Part shown: piece by piece, positions 24,450-38,361 of the stretch
How positions within the stretch are numbered: position 1 is the stretch's first letter
Layout: each line of letters begins with the position of its first letter
Origin: Octopus vulgaris
Lineage: Eukaryota
Length of the DNA stretch: 64,000 nucleotides
Assembly: GCA_951406725.2 (NCBI GenBank)
Contig: OX597818.1
Span: 92,690,001-92,754,000, forward strand
Reading direction: 5' to 3'
Position numbers and translations under genes: made by a program
The notes under the pieces: model-generated
Seen by the model: the letters and a program-made list of their open reading frames with translations, nothing else
The model's database searches: none
What the model was told of the DNA's origin: nothing

Positions 24450-26406
24450 GAGTCGTTAACAGGGAGAATAGCTTGAATAATAGAGCAGAGAACCAGACAG
24501 GCAAAACTGAGTGTGGTAGAAACTCTGATGGGAAAGGAGACTTCTAAAGAAGCTGCTGATTTAGTCAGGCATTCAGTAGGCTGGGTATCAGAAACTCCAA
24601 CTTAAATGCAAGTACAACTTGCAGCATAGCAATGACAGCAAGTATGTGGCAGAACAAGAGACTTGCTGCATTTCATCATGACACATCCATCAACTATGAA
24701 GTGGATTCTACAATTCTGATAGGTGGCATGTGTGCATCTATAAACACTGTAGAGTAAAAAAGTGAGATGGTAAATCTCCTGGGTTGTGTTGCACGAGTGA
24801 CAAAGTGCTTTCCAGACAACTCACTGAACCACCTTAACTACAGAAGTCAACTTTTGTTTGTTCTTTCTCGAGCCATGCCTGGTTCATAAGGGCCAATTTC
24901 CTTGGCATATAGGTTTCCCACCTGGACAGGACGCCGGTCTGTCGCAGGTGAGCTGCAAGATGCAGGAGGAAAGAGTAAGAGAAAGTTGTGGCAAAAGAGT
25001 CAGCAGAAGTTCGGCATTACCTTCTGCCGGAGCCACACGGAGCTTAGGTGTTTCGCTCATAAACACACACATCACCCAGTTTGAGATTCGAAGCCACGAT
25101 CCCTCAACCACGAGTCCGCTGCTCTAACCACTAGGCCATGTACCTCCACAGAAGTCAACTTACATAGCCTCAATAGAGGCTTCCAGTATTTCTTGGCAAA
25201 CATGTAAAGTTACATCACCTGCTTTCAGATTACCTCTTTCTTTACTACCCACAAGGGGTAGTAAACACAGAGGGGACAAACAAGAACAGACAAATAGATT
25301 AAGTCGATTATATCGACCCCAGTGCATAACTGGTACTTATTCAATTGACCCCGAAAAGATGAAAGGCAAAGTCGACCTCGGCAGAATTTGAACTCAGAAC
25401 GTAAATACAGACGGAATACCTATTTTTTTACTACCCACAAGGGGCTAAACACAGAGGGGACAAACAAGGACAGACAAATGAATTAAGTCGATTACAACGA
25501 CCCCAGTGCGTAACTGGTACTTAATTTATTGACCCCGAAAGGATGAAAGGCAAAGTTGACCTCGGTGGAATTTGAACTCAGAACGTAGTGGCAGACGAAA
25601 TACTGCTAAGCATTTCACTCGGCGTGCTAACGTTTCTGCCAGCTCGCCTGCTTTTAGATTACCACAAAGATGAGTGCCAACTTTTAGGGTTCAGACAGTT
25701 TTACCATTTTACTGATTCTGTTTCGCTCTTGTCTAATGAATACCTAAAGTTTCTTTAGATTTATTTCATGGGTGATGAGCAACTGCAGTAGGTACAGAAG
25801 TGCCACAGAAATATTCCAGCAGTATAAGTAGAAATTGTCTTCAGCCTTCAGGAAATACTCCATTCTCATATTAATTATATCTTTTTACCTGTTATTGGTT
25901 TCAGTCATTAGACTACAGCCATAGTGGGGCATTGCTTTGAAGGAAATATTAAACAGATTGACCCTAGTGCTTATTTTTTAAAGTCTGGTATTAATTCTAT
26001 CAGTCTTGCTAGCCAACACGAGTTGGGGGACAAACACAAGCAAAAAGGCGCATACGTGCACACACACAAAATGGGTTCCTACCAAATTCACTCACAGAGC
26101 ATACGGATATACAGTTAGAGGAGGTCAGTTTGCAGAGGTTTTAGTTCAAATAGGAAACAGTAAATTAGCAATAACAACGAAACCTAGAGAAGAGATATCA
26201 CAATACCGAAAAATCATCAGCACATTTCAAAGAAATGGTATTGAGCGCAGGAGTGGCTGTGTGGTAAGTAGCTTGCTTACCAACCACATGGTACCGGGTT
26301 CAGTCCCACTGTGTGGCATCTTGAGCAAGTGTCTTCTACTATAGCCTAGGGCTGACCAAAGCCTTGTGAGTGGATTTGGTAGACGGAAACTGAAAGAAGC
26401 CTGTCG

Positions 26407-26471
<65 letters not shown>

Positions 26472-27285
26472 ATGTGTGTTTGCATGTCTGTGTTTGTCCC
26501 CCCAACATCGCTTGACAACTGATGCTGGTGTGTTTATGTCCCTGTAACTTAGCGGTTCGGCAAAAGAGACTGATAGAATAAGTACTAGGCTTTCAAAGAA
26601 TAAGTCCTGGGGTCAATTTGCTCAACTAAAGGCGCTGCTCCAGCATGGCCACAGTCAAATGTCTGAAACAAGTAAGAGAGTATTTGTTGTAACCTCTCAT
26701 CAAATTATAGAGTATTAATGCCATGAAGCTTCAAAAGCCACCAAATTTATCCAGCTGGCATTATAGTTGGTCTTAACAATACTGTGAACTATCAAACAGT
26801 TTCTCAGTTCTCTTCAGTAGATTGGTGTTTCAATCTCATATTCTACAGCTGAAAGTAGGAGTACCTGTTATATTACAATGAATATTTGGATTCTCCAAAA
26901 TTTTGTAATGGTACAAGACTAGCTAATAAAAAATCTCATGTCTCAAGTGACTGAAGCCACCATTATAACATACTGAGCTGAGTTGCTTTTAATCTTTGCA
27001 TTCCAATCATCCTACCAGATCAGTTTAAGTGTCTTCAATGCCTCTAGTTTCTTTTGAGACAATCATTTTCTATTATTATTATTAAGTTTCTGTCACAGTC
27101 CCTCAAGGGTGATGAAGTTGAACTGACTAGTCCATGTTTCTCTCATTGTCAATTCTGTGATGCAGACTCATATTTGAATATTTTGATGCTCTTTTCATCA
27201 GAGCACCAAAAAAAACTTAATAAGAGTCTTTGCTTATTAAAACATTCTAAAACATTTCTGTTAGAATTGCTCTGTTTCATGTAAT
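24450..27285 (+). mobile_element. Internally deleted autonomous-type Helitron fossil (N-terminal region and PIF1 helicase C-terminus) with nested SINEs
   Basis: KHCRVKK*DGKSPGLCCTSDKVL..LTEPP; FLANM*SYITCFQITS; PTFRVQ...KFL*IYFMGD; LQLKVGVPVIL...PKFCNGTRL...QSLK...PCFSHCQF. Confidence 0.88.
25235..25646 (-). mobile_element. Dimeric SINE family B inserted in the Helitron (central domain gcctttcatcctttcggggtcgataaattaagtacc, Meta/MESC-like)
   Basis: TSD cctgctttYagattacc at 25218-25234 and 25647-25663. Monomers at 15505-15720, 33185-33420, 38058-38285, 38747-38975 (TSD gtatgagagcagc) and 58390-58625. Confidence 0.85.
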
Positions 27286-28514
27286 GAAATCGTCCAACAC
27301 ATGCTAGCATGGAAAGCAGACGTTAAACGATGATAATGATGATGATGATGATGATGATGTATGTATGAATGTTAAATCAATTTTCCATAGATCTTTATTC
27401 ATAAATCAATTTGACATAAAAATCCACACAATTGAATGAGCACCTTTGTGTCGTAAGTATCACTTGAATATGTATATAAATCTATTTATGACTCATCTCA
27501 CAACTCAATAATCGACTCACCAACCCTTTCTCTACCATACAAATTCATGCTTAGCTGATACTTCTTTTGTTAATGCGAGAGAATAAAAGTTTCACTCCTC
27601 CTACACCTCTGCAGTATCTATGTAAATTTTATATTTTCCAGACAAAACAGTCTCCTTCGTTCTTGTCAACAAGAGCATTTGTTAAAAGAAATCTATTGTA
27701 ACAATGGTAACAGGACTTAGTTGAAAGACACCAACTGTGAAATTATAGATTTCTAAAAGCCATGTTCATTTGCAAAAATTTACGATTATGTGAGAGATTC
27801 TTTTTTAAAGTTTCCTTGCTCGCCTCAAGAAACGTATGTGTATAGGTGCATATGTGTATAGGTGCATATGTGCAAGTGTGCAGCATTATCATATCATGCA
27901 TATCTACACTCTGGGGCCCCATTGCCAAATCTATTTCTCTATGTGTCTCTGAAAAATTGCGTATATTTTAATGAAATTTTACTGAAATATGTTTTCAAGG
28001 GTGTAAATTACGATTATTTTTGATAATCTTTTTCAATAGAGAAAGAGTTTGGGATCATTCCCCACCACCACCACCACTACTTTCTCAGCTCTGTTTCCTA
28101 ATAACACTTTAAAATATACATTTTTAAAGGGCATTTTGGCAGAATTACGTTTTTGTGAGTATAGAATATGTAATGTTGATTTGTGAAACATATAGGCGCA
28201 GGAGTGGCTGTGTGGTAAGTAGCTTGCTAACCAACCACATGGTTCCGGGTTCAGTCCCACTGCGTGGCATCTTGGGCAAGTGTCTTCTACTATAGCCCCG
28301 GGCCGACCAAAGCCTTGTGAGTGGATTTGGTAGACGGAAACTGAAAGAAGCCTGTCGTATATATGTATATATATATGTGTGTCTGTGTGTCTTTGTAAGC
28401 TTAGTACTTATTCTATCGGTCTCTTTTGCCGAACTTATAAGTTACGGGGATGTAAACACACCAGCATCAGTTGTCAAGCGATGGTGGGAGGGGACAAACA
28501 CGAACACACAAATT

Positions 28515-28552
<38 letters not shown>

Positions 28553-30867
28553 CATATATACGACGGGCTTCTTTCAGTTTCCGTCTACTAAATCCACTCA
28601 CAAGGCTTTGGTCAGCCTGAGGCTATAGTAGAAGACACTTAGCCACGGTGCCACACAGTGGGACTGAACCCAGAACCATGTGGTTGGTAAGCAAGCTACT
28701 TACCACACAGCCACTGCTACACCTATTCAAAATATTCATACTCACATAAAATTCCAAGGGGACAACGAGGAGTTTTTACTGCATTTTTGACTTTGAGACA
28801 AAATATATTAACAAATGTTCACTACCTTACAAAAACTAAATCAGCAAAGCAAATGACCTTTCCTAAATGCAGTAAAAACATTATAACATGATCTTATCAC
28901 TATTTCAAAAAAATTATCGCTGTTCTATAGACGTAGGAGTGGCTGTGTGGTAAGTAGTTTGTTTACCAGCCACATGGTTCCGGTTCAGTCCCACTGCGTG
29001 GCACCTTGGGCAAGTGTCTTTTACTATAGCCTCAGGTTGACCAAAGCCTTGTGAGTGGATTTGGTAGACAGAAACTGAAAGAAGCCCGTCGTATATATGT
29101 ATATATATGTGTGTGAATATGTTTGTGTGTCTGTGTTTGTCCCCCCCCCCAACATCGCTTGACAACCGATGCTGGTGTGTTTACGTCCCTGTAACTTAGC
29201 GGTTCGGCAAAAGAGACCGATAGATTAAGTTCTAGGCTTACAAATAATAAGTCCTGGGGTCGATTTGCTCGACTAAAGGCGGTGCTCCAGCATGGCCACA
29301 GTCAAATGACTGAAACAAGTAAAAGAGTAAAAGAGTTCTCTTTGAGCATATATATAGAAGACAGGTGAGGGCGCGTGGCTTAGTGGTTAGGGCATTCGGC
29401 TCATGATCGTAAGGTTGTGAGTTCGATTCCCGGCGACGCGTTGTGTCCTTGAGCAAGACACTTTATTTCACGTTGCTCCAGTCCACTCAGCTGGCAAAAA
29501 TGAGTTGTACTTGTATTTCAAAGGGTCAGCCTTGTCACTCTCTGTGTCACGCTGATTATCCCCGAGAACTACGTTAAGGGTACACGTGTCTGTGGAATGC
29601 TCAGCCATTTGCACGTTAATTTCACGAGCAAGCTGTTCCGTTGATCGTATCAGCTGGGACCCTCGTCGTCGTAACCGGCGGAGTCTTTTTAAATATAGAA
29701 GACAAATTTGGCTGGAGTAAAATAAGTAAGCCAAGATAAGATATCTTTGCTGCATCAGTTCCCAGAATCACAATCAAAAACAAATTCATACATATCAATA
29801 TTCATCCCTAGACATTAGAAAGATCAGAAATGCCAGAAAAAAAAAAAATTTAAATATCTAAATCAAATGAAAGAGGATCAGAGAAAAATAGCATGATAAG
29901 AAATTAATAAAACTCAACTAAATATAAAAAAAAAACTTTACATAGGCGCAGGAGTGGCTGTGTGGTAAGTAGCTTGCTAACCAACCACATGGTTCCGGGT
30001 TCAGTCCCACTGCGTGGCATCTTGGGCAAGTGTCTTCTGCTATAGCCTCGGGCCGACCAATGCCTTGTGAGTGGATTTGGTAGACGGAAACTGAAAGAAG
30101 CCTGTCGTATATATGTATATATGTGTATATGTGTGTATGTGTGTGTGTGTGTTTGTGTGCTGGTGTGTTTACATCCCCGTCACTTAGCGGTTCGGCAAAA
30201 AGAGACCGATAGAATAAGTACTGGGCTTACAAAGAATAAGTCCCGGGGTCGATTTGCTCGACTAAAGGCGGTGCTCCAGCATGGCCGCAGTCAAATGACT
30301 GAAACAAGTAAAAGAAAAAAAAAGAAAAAAAGAAAATATTCTCTCTAGCTTGTTCATGATCTGCTGGAGTGTCTGTCCCTTTGGGATATATTTGCACACC
30401 ATACATTTGAAGAGAAAAAATTACTGAAATTACTCATTACTCATTTTACCCCATTTTAGACATTTTCTGAAAATTGAAAATTATCGAATTAAACATTAGT
30501 GTATGGAAAAAAATTAACTCGGAATTCATCAAAGAAAAGAATATCGATTGTTAAACACCAAAAATTATCTCGAGATTTTATTAGGAACCTCAATTACAAT
30601 CGCGTCAAAGCTGAGAGGTCAAATTTCTTGAAAAGAAAAGTACCCATCACTTCTTTTACTCTTTTACTTGTTTCAGTCATTTGACTGTGGCCATGCTGGA
30701 GCACCGCCTTTAGTCGAGCAGATCAACCCCAGGACTTATTCTTTGTAAACCTAGTACTTATTCCATCGGTCTCTTTTGCCGAACAACTAAGTTACGGGGA
30801 CGTAAACACACCAGCATCGGTTGTCAAGCGATGTTGGAGGGACAAACACAAATACACAAACATATAG

Positions 30868-30906
<39 letters not shown>

Positions 30907-31745
30907 CATATATACACAGGCTTCTTTCAGTTTCCATCTACCAAATCCACTCACAAGGCTTTGGTCGGGCCGAGGCTATAGTAGAAGACACTTGCCGAAG
31001 GTGCCACGCAGTGGGACTGAACCCGGAACCATGTGGTTGGTAAGCAAGCAAATAACCACACAGCCACTGCTACACCTGATAATGTTTTGAACTCACACAT
31101 CTTCAGCAACTAAGCTGACCAATTTTTATTTCTAAAGATGATGCAACAGCAGAAAATGATGAGGCAGTACTTGCAATGTGATGACTTCAAACAAATAGGA
31201 AGAATCTAATAAGAAACCAGAAATTACTCATTTTGCCCCGGTTACTAATTTTGCCCTACCCCTACACCTATTTTAGCGTTACCATTAAAATAAATCTGTC
31301 CTGTACAAACTATCAAAAATAAAAATAAAAGCAAGGATGTGGGTGTTCATGATTGTGTTAAAGAATCTGAGATAGATACTTGAAAAAATGGTGGTGGTGG
31401 TGGTGATGATGATGATGATGATGATGATGCTGGTGGTGGCGGCGGTGGTAGTGGTGGTAGTAATTAACTATCCGATTTTTCGGCGCGGTTTTTCATTTCC
31501 AAGTCTAGAAATGGTAAAAACAGCTTATCAGCAACGAAACACGGTGAACATAAAGAGAGAAGAAACCAGAGTTGGACTGTGACGGATCCAATACATTTGC
31601 AGCTAACTTGTCTATTAATGCAACGAAAAGAAGGGTAGGAGAGAGAGAAAGAGAGAGGGAGAGAGAGAGAGAAAGAGTAAACTGTAAGGGGATGGTATTA
31701 GTGTCAGTACATAGTTATTAGTTCTTGTCATTATTTCTCTAACAG

Positions 31746-31795
31746 TGTAGCTAGCTGCTAGAATCTCATTCAAGTCTGCCGACTGAACTCTCTTT
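31746..31795 (+). other. Candidate non-coding 5' UTR exon (5' boundary uncertain; may be the end of a first exon)
   Basis: ttatttctctaacag acceptor-like site and TTT|gtaagt donor at 31796, inside the CpG-rich region. Confidence 0.4.
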
Positions 31796-33782
31796 GTAAG
31801 TGCAACATTTTTTTCTTGGTTTATGTTTATATAAAAAATAAGAAACACAATAGATTAGATTTGAGATTTTTTTTTTAATAGATTATTTTAGTAGCTCTGT
31901 CGTCGTCAAAGCTGACATAAATCGAAACACCGCTCTCTAAATATCACAACTTATCTTTTCTCAGGACCTTGCTCCAAACGTCAATTTATCTTATTTTAAG
32001 AATTTTATTAACTGTATTTCACAGCCGTTAATTATCACTGGTTTTATATCAGTCATTTCTTTTTTCATTCTAAACTGGACATTGGCTATAGTTGTTATCC
32101 TTTTAATTTTATTTTTGATACATAATAATTATAATAGGGTGCATGGCATCGACTAAACCCACACCCTCAAAATCGTTGGCCCTGCGCCCGGATTTGAAAG
32201 GATAATAATAATTATTTTTATTTTCGCAAGTGTCTGCAGTCCTTTTAACAACTCTTTGCGGTTAATAAGGAAAACAATTTTATTATTAGATATATTTCAG
32301 GATATTAATTAGGTAGCTTCAGGATGTTCGAGACACTGCTTTAAGATAATCTACCGCAAATTTTAATTGTCAATTTATGAAATATTAATTCTGCCAAATT
32401 ACAGACCTGTATCAAAATCAGAATATCCATTTCGTTCATATTTTTAAATAAATTCTAAATTCCTTTAAACATTGATGCTTTTCCTGGCCTCAGACCAACC
32501 GCGTCCAAAATCTATAATAGACATTCTATCATTGACCATCTGGTCTTTTATATATCGCCATCAAGTACAGTACCTTATGAATTCTTCCTTCATGTTTTTT
32601 AAAACTGTAGAGGTATGAGTTAAGGCACGTTTTGTTATTTCTAGCAAAGCGAGCGACCACATAGAGGTTCGCTCGTTGTTTAGAACGGCGCAAAGTCAGT
32701 TGCAAAATTACCAAAGATTTTTTTTTTTTAGGAAGCTGTACATTAACATGAGATTAACCAAATTCATTTACGGCATAATTGGCAATTAACCAAGATTTAC
32801 TCTTTGCTTTTATTTTATTTTTTACCACCGCAGTCTGATTTCATTTTATTATATATTTTTTTTTCATTAGTTTCTTCTGTCCATTCCGTTCTAGTAACCT
32901 GTACCTCTGTATTTATTTAGTGTACACATCTTTCTATATATTTTACCATATTTTCACTCAGATATTACTTGAAGTGTTTATAGTGTCTTCGGGATTTTTT
33001 TTTTTTTTTTTTTGTGTATGTGTGTATCTATTTAATTTTGTAGTATAACAATGTTCTTTATTTGCATATTTATTTTTAGTCTTTAAATTTCTATACAAAG
33101 AAAAAGGTTTGCGTATGTATACATAGGTGTACAAATGAGTATATATATGTGTATGTCTGTGACTGCGATTATATAAAACCGTTGTAAGGCGGCGAGCTGG
33201 CAGAAACGTTAGCATGCCGGGCGAAATGCGTAGCCGTATTTCGTCTGCCGTTGTGTTCTGGGTTCGAATTCCGCCGAGGTCGACTTTGCCTTTCATCCTT
33301 TCGGGGTCGATAAATTAAGTACCAGTTACGCACTGGGGAGTCGATGTAATCGACTTAATCCCTTTGTCTGTCCTTATTTGTCCCCTCTGTGTTTAGCCCC
33401 TTGTGGGTAGTAAAGAAATATATATATAAGACCGTTGCGTATATATGTGCGTGTAAACGTGAGTATGTCTGTGTGGTTATATGTGAGTGTATCTGCATGA
33501 ATATGCACGGGTGTTTATGCATGTATATAACTGGTGTATGCGCGAGTACGTTTGCGTGTTTTGAAAAGGCGTGTCTGCACGCGGCTACGTGTATATGCGT
33601 GCGCGCGCGTAGTTTTGTTGCTGTGCTGAATAAAAATCGCTGATGAGCCAACAACAAAGTCTTTATGCTTTCGCTCGTCCTGTTAGAAGTAACAACCAAA
33701 TCTCCCTCAAGTCACAGCCTACCGTCTTTATAAAGAACACCTTAGATAATCTAACCTGGCCTACAGTATTTCTCTTGGTACT

Positions 33783-34091
33783 TACTACTTAAGAAGAGTG
33801 GTCTCGGTGCGCGCACTCGCGTACTCGTGCATCCGCGCTAGCTAGTCGTGACTAGTCGATCCTTACTTTGTGCTTTTGTGTTTTATTTACTTTGTTTTAA
33901 AAAATTATTTACTTTGTGTTTTTGTATTTTATTTACTTTGTTTTAAAAAAATTATTTACTTTGTGTAAAAAAAAATTATTTATTTTGTGTTTTATTTACT
34001 TTGCTAGGTAGTCGTTGTAGGATCGACTAGTCACGACTAGCTAGCGCGAGTACGCGAGTGCGCGCACCGGGACCACTGTTCTTAAGTAGTA
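33783..34091. mobile_element. MITE with about 75-80 bp GC-rich terminal inverted repeats and T-rich repetitive interior
   Basis: tactacttaagaagagtggtctcggtgcgcgcactcgcgtactcg...gctagctagtcgtgactagtcgatcct is mirrored at about 34019-34091. Confidence 0.85.
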
Positions 34092-34197
34092 CCTTTCTCT
34101 TAAGACAATAGTCGTAATTTGAACACATTTGTTTTGTACGTTTGGTTGCTCTACATAAGGTTGCTGTGTAAATTTCTCTTATTTGATCAGTCTAGAC

Positions 34198-34385
34198 CAG
34201 TACTCCCCAACCCATATGCCGTGACACACCGTGCCACGAGACGATGCTAGGTGTGTCGCAATGTAACCTGAATATAATTTTTCCCCCATACTTTTAGTTA
34301 TATTTTTTTAGTTCAGGTGTGCCACTGAATTTTGAAACGAATATACGTGTGCCTGCCGCAAGTGAAGAAGGGTTGCAGAGCACTG
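34198..34385. mobile_element. hAT (Charlie-type) MITE
   Basis: 8-bp TSD gtctagac at 34190-34197 and 34386-34393; TIRs cagtactccccaaccc and gggttgcagagcactg. Confidence 0.88.
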
Positions 34386-35194
34386 GTCTAGACAGCCAAA
34401 CTAGATGTGTTATTATCAGAGAGGAATGGGTGGAGATGCTACAGAGTAATCAAGCGTTCACCTGGTTATTCGTTACTATCAGCCTACAGCAGACTCTCCT
34501 TTCTTCTTGCCTTTACTGAAATGTTGCAGCGAATTCGTGTTATCTGTATGACTGTGTAGGTGTGAGTGAGATGAGATATCTCAGGAGAGCCTTCTGCATA
34601 TCAAATGTTCAGTAGGGTCTTACATCTGTAAATGTAGCAAGCTGAAATATTTTGATACATTGAGATTATCTGAGTAATTAGTAAATGTAAACTTCCTCGA
34701 GGGGTATTTTAAATCCCCAATACGCGAAGGGAAATAACTTCAATATGTTTAGTTTCAGTCATTGACGACTTTCGTCAAACAAATCAATCTTGGTACTCAT
34801 TTTTTAAAAAAGTCTGGTACTTATTCTATCAGTTTCTTTTGCTGAAACGCTAATTTACGTGGATGTAAGCAAACCAACACTGGTTGTCAAGCAGTTGTGG
34901 TAGGACACACACATACACACAATTTGCATCCACACAACTTCTGCCTACCAAATTCACATACTTGGCACTGGTCAGCCCCAAACTATAATGGAAGACACTT
35001 GCCCATGGTGTTCCATGGTATCGCACAGTGGGTCTGAATCTGAAACTAAAGCGAACCTCTTTACCACACAATTCTTATTGAATTTATTTTATTTTTATTT
35101 ACTGAATCTGGAGGCTGGGACAGAGCTCATGAACTTTGCAAGCCCTGCAAAGTTAATGTTCCTGAACAAAAAACATGACTGTCCAGAAGAGTTG

Positions 35195-35356
35195 CAGGAG
35201 ATTCCAAAGCCAATGGCGATTTTATTGAATAAATTTACTCTTTAGTATTTCAAGATATTTTTATGTAATTCTGGTAAATATATCTGTTAAAATGAGATGT
35301 CGGTGTTATTTTCATTTTTGCATAATTTAGATGAGTTTATTCACCGCACCCTGTAT
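35195..35356 (+). mobile_element. 3' end of a maT-like Tc1/mariner element (same family as 41490-41935)
   Basis: Shares ctgtccagaagag..gcaggagattc...aaaatgagatgtcggtgttattttcatttttgc...caccctgta. Confidence 0.7.
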
Positions 35357-37096
35357 GTACATATATCTTTCTATCTAAATATATGTATATATATATATTT
35401 ATTTATTGCCAGAGCGGCCAACTGGCTTCCGTGCCGGTGGCACGTAAAAAGCACCATTCGAGTGTCATCGTTACCAGCATCGCCTTACTGGCATGTGAAA
35501 AAACATTTGAGCGAGATCGTTGCCAGTGCCGCTGGCACATAAAAGACACCATTTGAGCATGGCCGTTGCAAGTACCGCCTGACTGGCCCTCGTGCCGGTG
35601 GAATGTAAAAGCACCCACTACACTCTCAGAGTGGTTGGCATTAGGAAGGGCATCCAGCTGTAGAAACTCTGCTAAATCAAGATTGGAGCCTGGTGCAGCC
35701 ATTTGGTTCGCCAGTCCTCAGTCAAATCGTCCAACCCATGCTAGCATGGAAAGTGGATGTTAAACAAAGATGATATATATATACTGACTTGCTTATTTTC
35801 CAAGGTAACAAGTAATAATATAATTCAGGACAGTCATTTAACATCCAACAATGTTGCATCAACATTGTCATTGTTTTAATGTCCATTTTTCCATGCTTGC
35901 ATGGGTCAGATGAAACTTTTTATGGCTGGATGTTCTTTCTGTCACTGACCTTCACTGGTTTCCAAGCAAGGTAATATTTTCACTAGTCCTTCAAACATTG
36001 ATATCTCCATGGTTGGATACATTTTCATAGTACCTGTTTTGTGAATTCTAGAAGAAAGAGGCAAAATTCATGTCTTCCAATATCAGACTCATGACCATAT
36101 CAAAGTGCACACATTTTAAGTAACTCATGGTTCTATCATGATGAAAGAAGGTATGGCTGTGCAGTGAAGAAGTTTGCTTCCCAACCATGGGGTTTTGTGT
36201 TCAGTTCCATTGCATGGCACCTTGGGCAAGTATCTTCTACAATAGTACCAGGTCAACCAAAATCTTGTGAGTAGATTTGGTAGTTTCAAACTGAAAGAAG
36301 TCTGTTGTGTGTGTATACATGTATGTGTTTGTATCAACACCACCACTTGACAGCCGGTGTTAGTTTATTTACATCCTTCTAATTTAGCACAAAGGACACT
36401 GAGAGAACGAGTAGCAGATTTAAAAATAAGTACTGGAGCTGATTTGTGCAACTGACCTTACAAGATAGTGCTCCAGCATGACCACAGTCTAATGACTGAA
36501 AGAAGTGAGAGTAAAAGAGACAATCTGAGATCAAATCACTTGGCAACACAAAGTGCTACTCAGGAATTTTTAATGTAAACTTTCCTGTAAACATGTTCTA
36601 CATTTTTCTGCTGAGCCAATGTAGTTGTTTGTGGAAATGTTTCCCTGCCTGTTCCTCTTCACCATTGAATCACTCCCAGTGTCATACTATTTAGAACTGT
36701 GACACTATTTGATGATATATAAACTAATGAATATTTTGCTTATCTGCCTCAGACACATCTTCCTTCCTTTGAGTTTAGGATGCGGTGGGAAATATTGAAG
36801 AATGTGATAGCGTTGAACATCTGTGACTGCTTCCCGTCAGTTTATGTTTGTGTAATGTACAGGCACAGTGCACTCCCCAACACAGGCTTGAAGTTTCACT
36901 TCAAATTTATTTATTTGTCCATTTTATTTATGTATTTACTTTTTGCTGTTTTTTTTTATTATATATATTATTGTTTATTTAAGGCAGAAAGCTGGCAGAA
37001 TCATTACTGCACCAGATAAAATGCTAAGTGACATTTCTTCAAGCGATATGTTCTGAGTTCAAATACTGCCGAGGTTGATTTAAAAAAATTTTTTTT

Positions 37097-37427
37097 ATTG
37101 CCTCTGCCTTACGAAGGCAGAGGTATTGTTTTCACTCATGTTTATTTGTTTGTCCATGGACAAGATATGTCAAGATGGATTCAGATGAAACTTTCAAGGA
37201 TGTTTGGCTTCATGACTGGCACAAACTGATTAGAGTTTGGATTCTGGGTTATTTTCCGTTTTGTTACTTAATTTTTGAGAGTGGTCGAGTTCATTTTTAG
37301 TATTCTTGTTTGTGAGAGCAGCTGAGTTTATTTCAGATATTCTCATTTTCAAAATCATCTCTGGCTAATCATTAAAAGGATGTTGGTGTTGCCTTTGTGG
37401 AGGTTTGTGCTCTCTGAGTGCTCTTGT
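37097..37427 (+). mobile_element. Helentron-associated non-autonomous element (HINE/DINE-1-like)
   Basis: 5' gcctctgcc..ggcagagg inverted repeat, gtttgtttgtcc tract, 3' gtggagg plus gtgctctctgagtgc hairpin, T-rich flanks. Confidence 0.55.
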
Positions 37428-38023
37428 GTGTTTTTTTTTTTTATTTATTCACCTTTCATCCTTTTGAAGTCAATAAAATAAGTACCATTCTAATACTGGG
37501 GCTCAATGAAATCAACTAGTGACCCTGCCCCTCAAAATTTCCAGCCTTATGTCTATAGTAGAATTATTTATTTATTGCTTGTCTGAAATTCTTCAATCAA
37601 TAAAGCCAAAAAGGCTTTTGTTTTTGCATTTTTATTACTTCATTCACTGGATTGCAGCTATCATAGGGCACTGCCTTGAAGTGTTTAGTCAAGCAACCCC
37701 CCACCCACCCACCAATACTTATTTTAAAGTTTGGTATTTATTCTATTGATCTCTTTTGCTGGGCTACTAAGTTGCTGGGATTTAAGCAAACCAATACCAG
37801 TCGACAAATGGTGTTGGGGACACACACACAAACATATATATATATATATATATATATACAACATGAATCTTCCAGTTTGTCTGCCAAATCCACTCACAAG
37901 GCTTTGGTTGGCCCTGGGTTATAGTAGAAAACACTTGGCTAAGGTGCTGCACAGTATGACTAAACCCAAAATTGGGTGGTCGCAAAACAAATTTCTTAAG
38001 CACACTGCCATGCCAGCACCTAA

Positions 38024-38054
<31 letters not shown>

Positions 38055-38361
38055 TGTAAGGTGGCGAGCTGGCAGAATTGTTAGCACACTGGGTGAAATG
38101 CTTTGCAGTACTTTGTTCATCTCCAGGTTCTGAGTTAAAATGCTAGCAAGGTCAACTTTGCCTTTCATCCTTTCAGGGTTGATAAATTAAGTACCAGTGA
38201 AACACTGGAGTCGATGAAATCAACTAGTCCCCTTCCCCAAAATTTCAGGTCTTGTGCCTTTAATAGAAAGGATTATTATTATTATTTCTTGAATCTGGAA
38301 GAAGTTTCAGTGCCTATGACCTTTGCAGCCCCTCCAGCACTGCTGAGTTTGATGTTCTTAA

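Larger units (their letters stand above)
31470..34600. promoter_or_regulatory. CpG-retaining, promoter-like region
   Basis: Non-repeat DNA and embedded repeats keep many CpGs (ttttcggcgcgg, gcgagcgacc, gcgcgcgcgt), while many repeat copies beyond 35 kb show TG/CA decay. Judged by eye. Confidence 0.5.

Noticed and set aside
29367-29435. tRNA-like sequence (also other SINE heads)
   Set aside because: No closed acceptor stem; continues into a SINE body with TSDs.
34318-34519. Acceptor-like ttcag followed by a 66-aa ORF
   Set aside because: Starts inside the hAT MITE and has no recognisable product.
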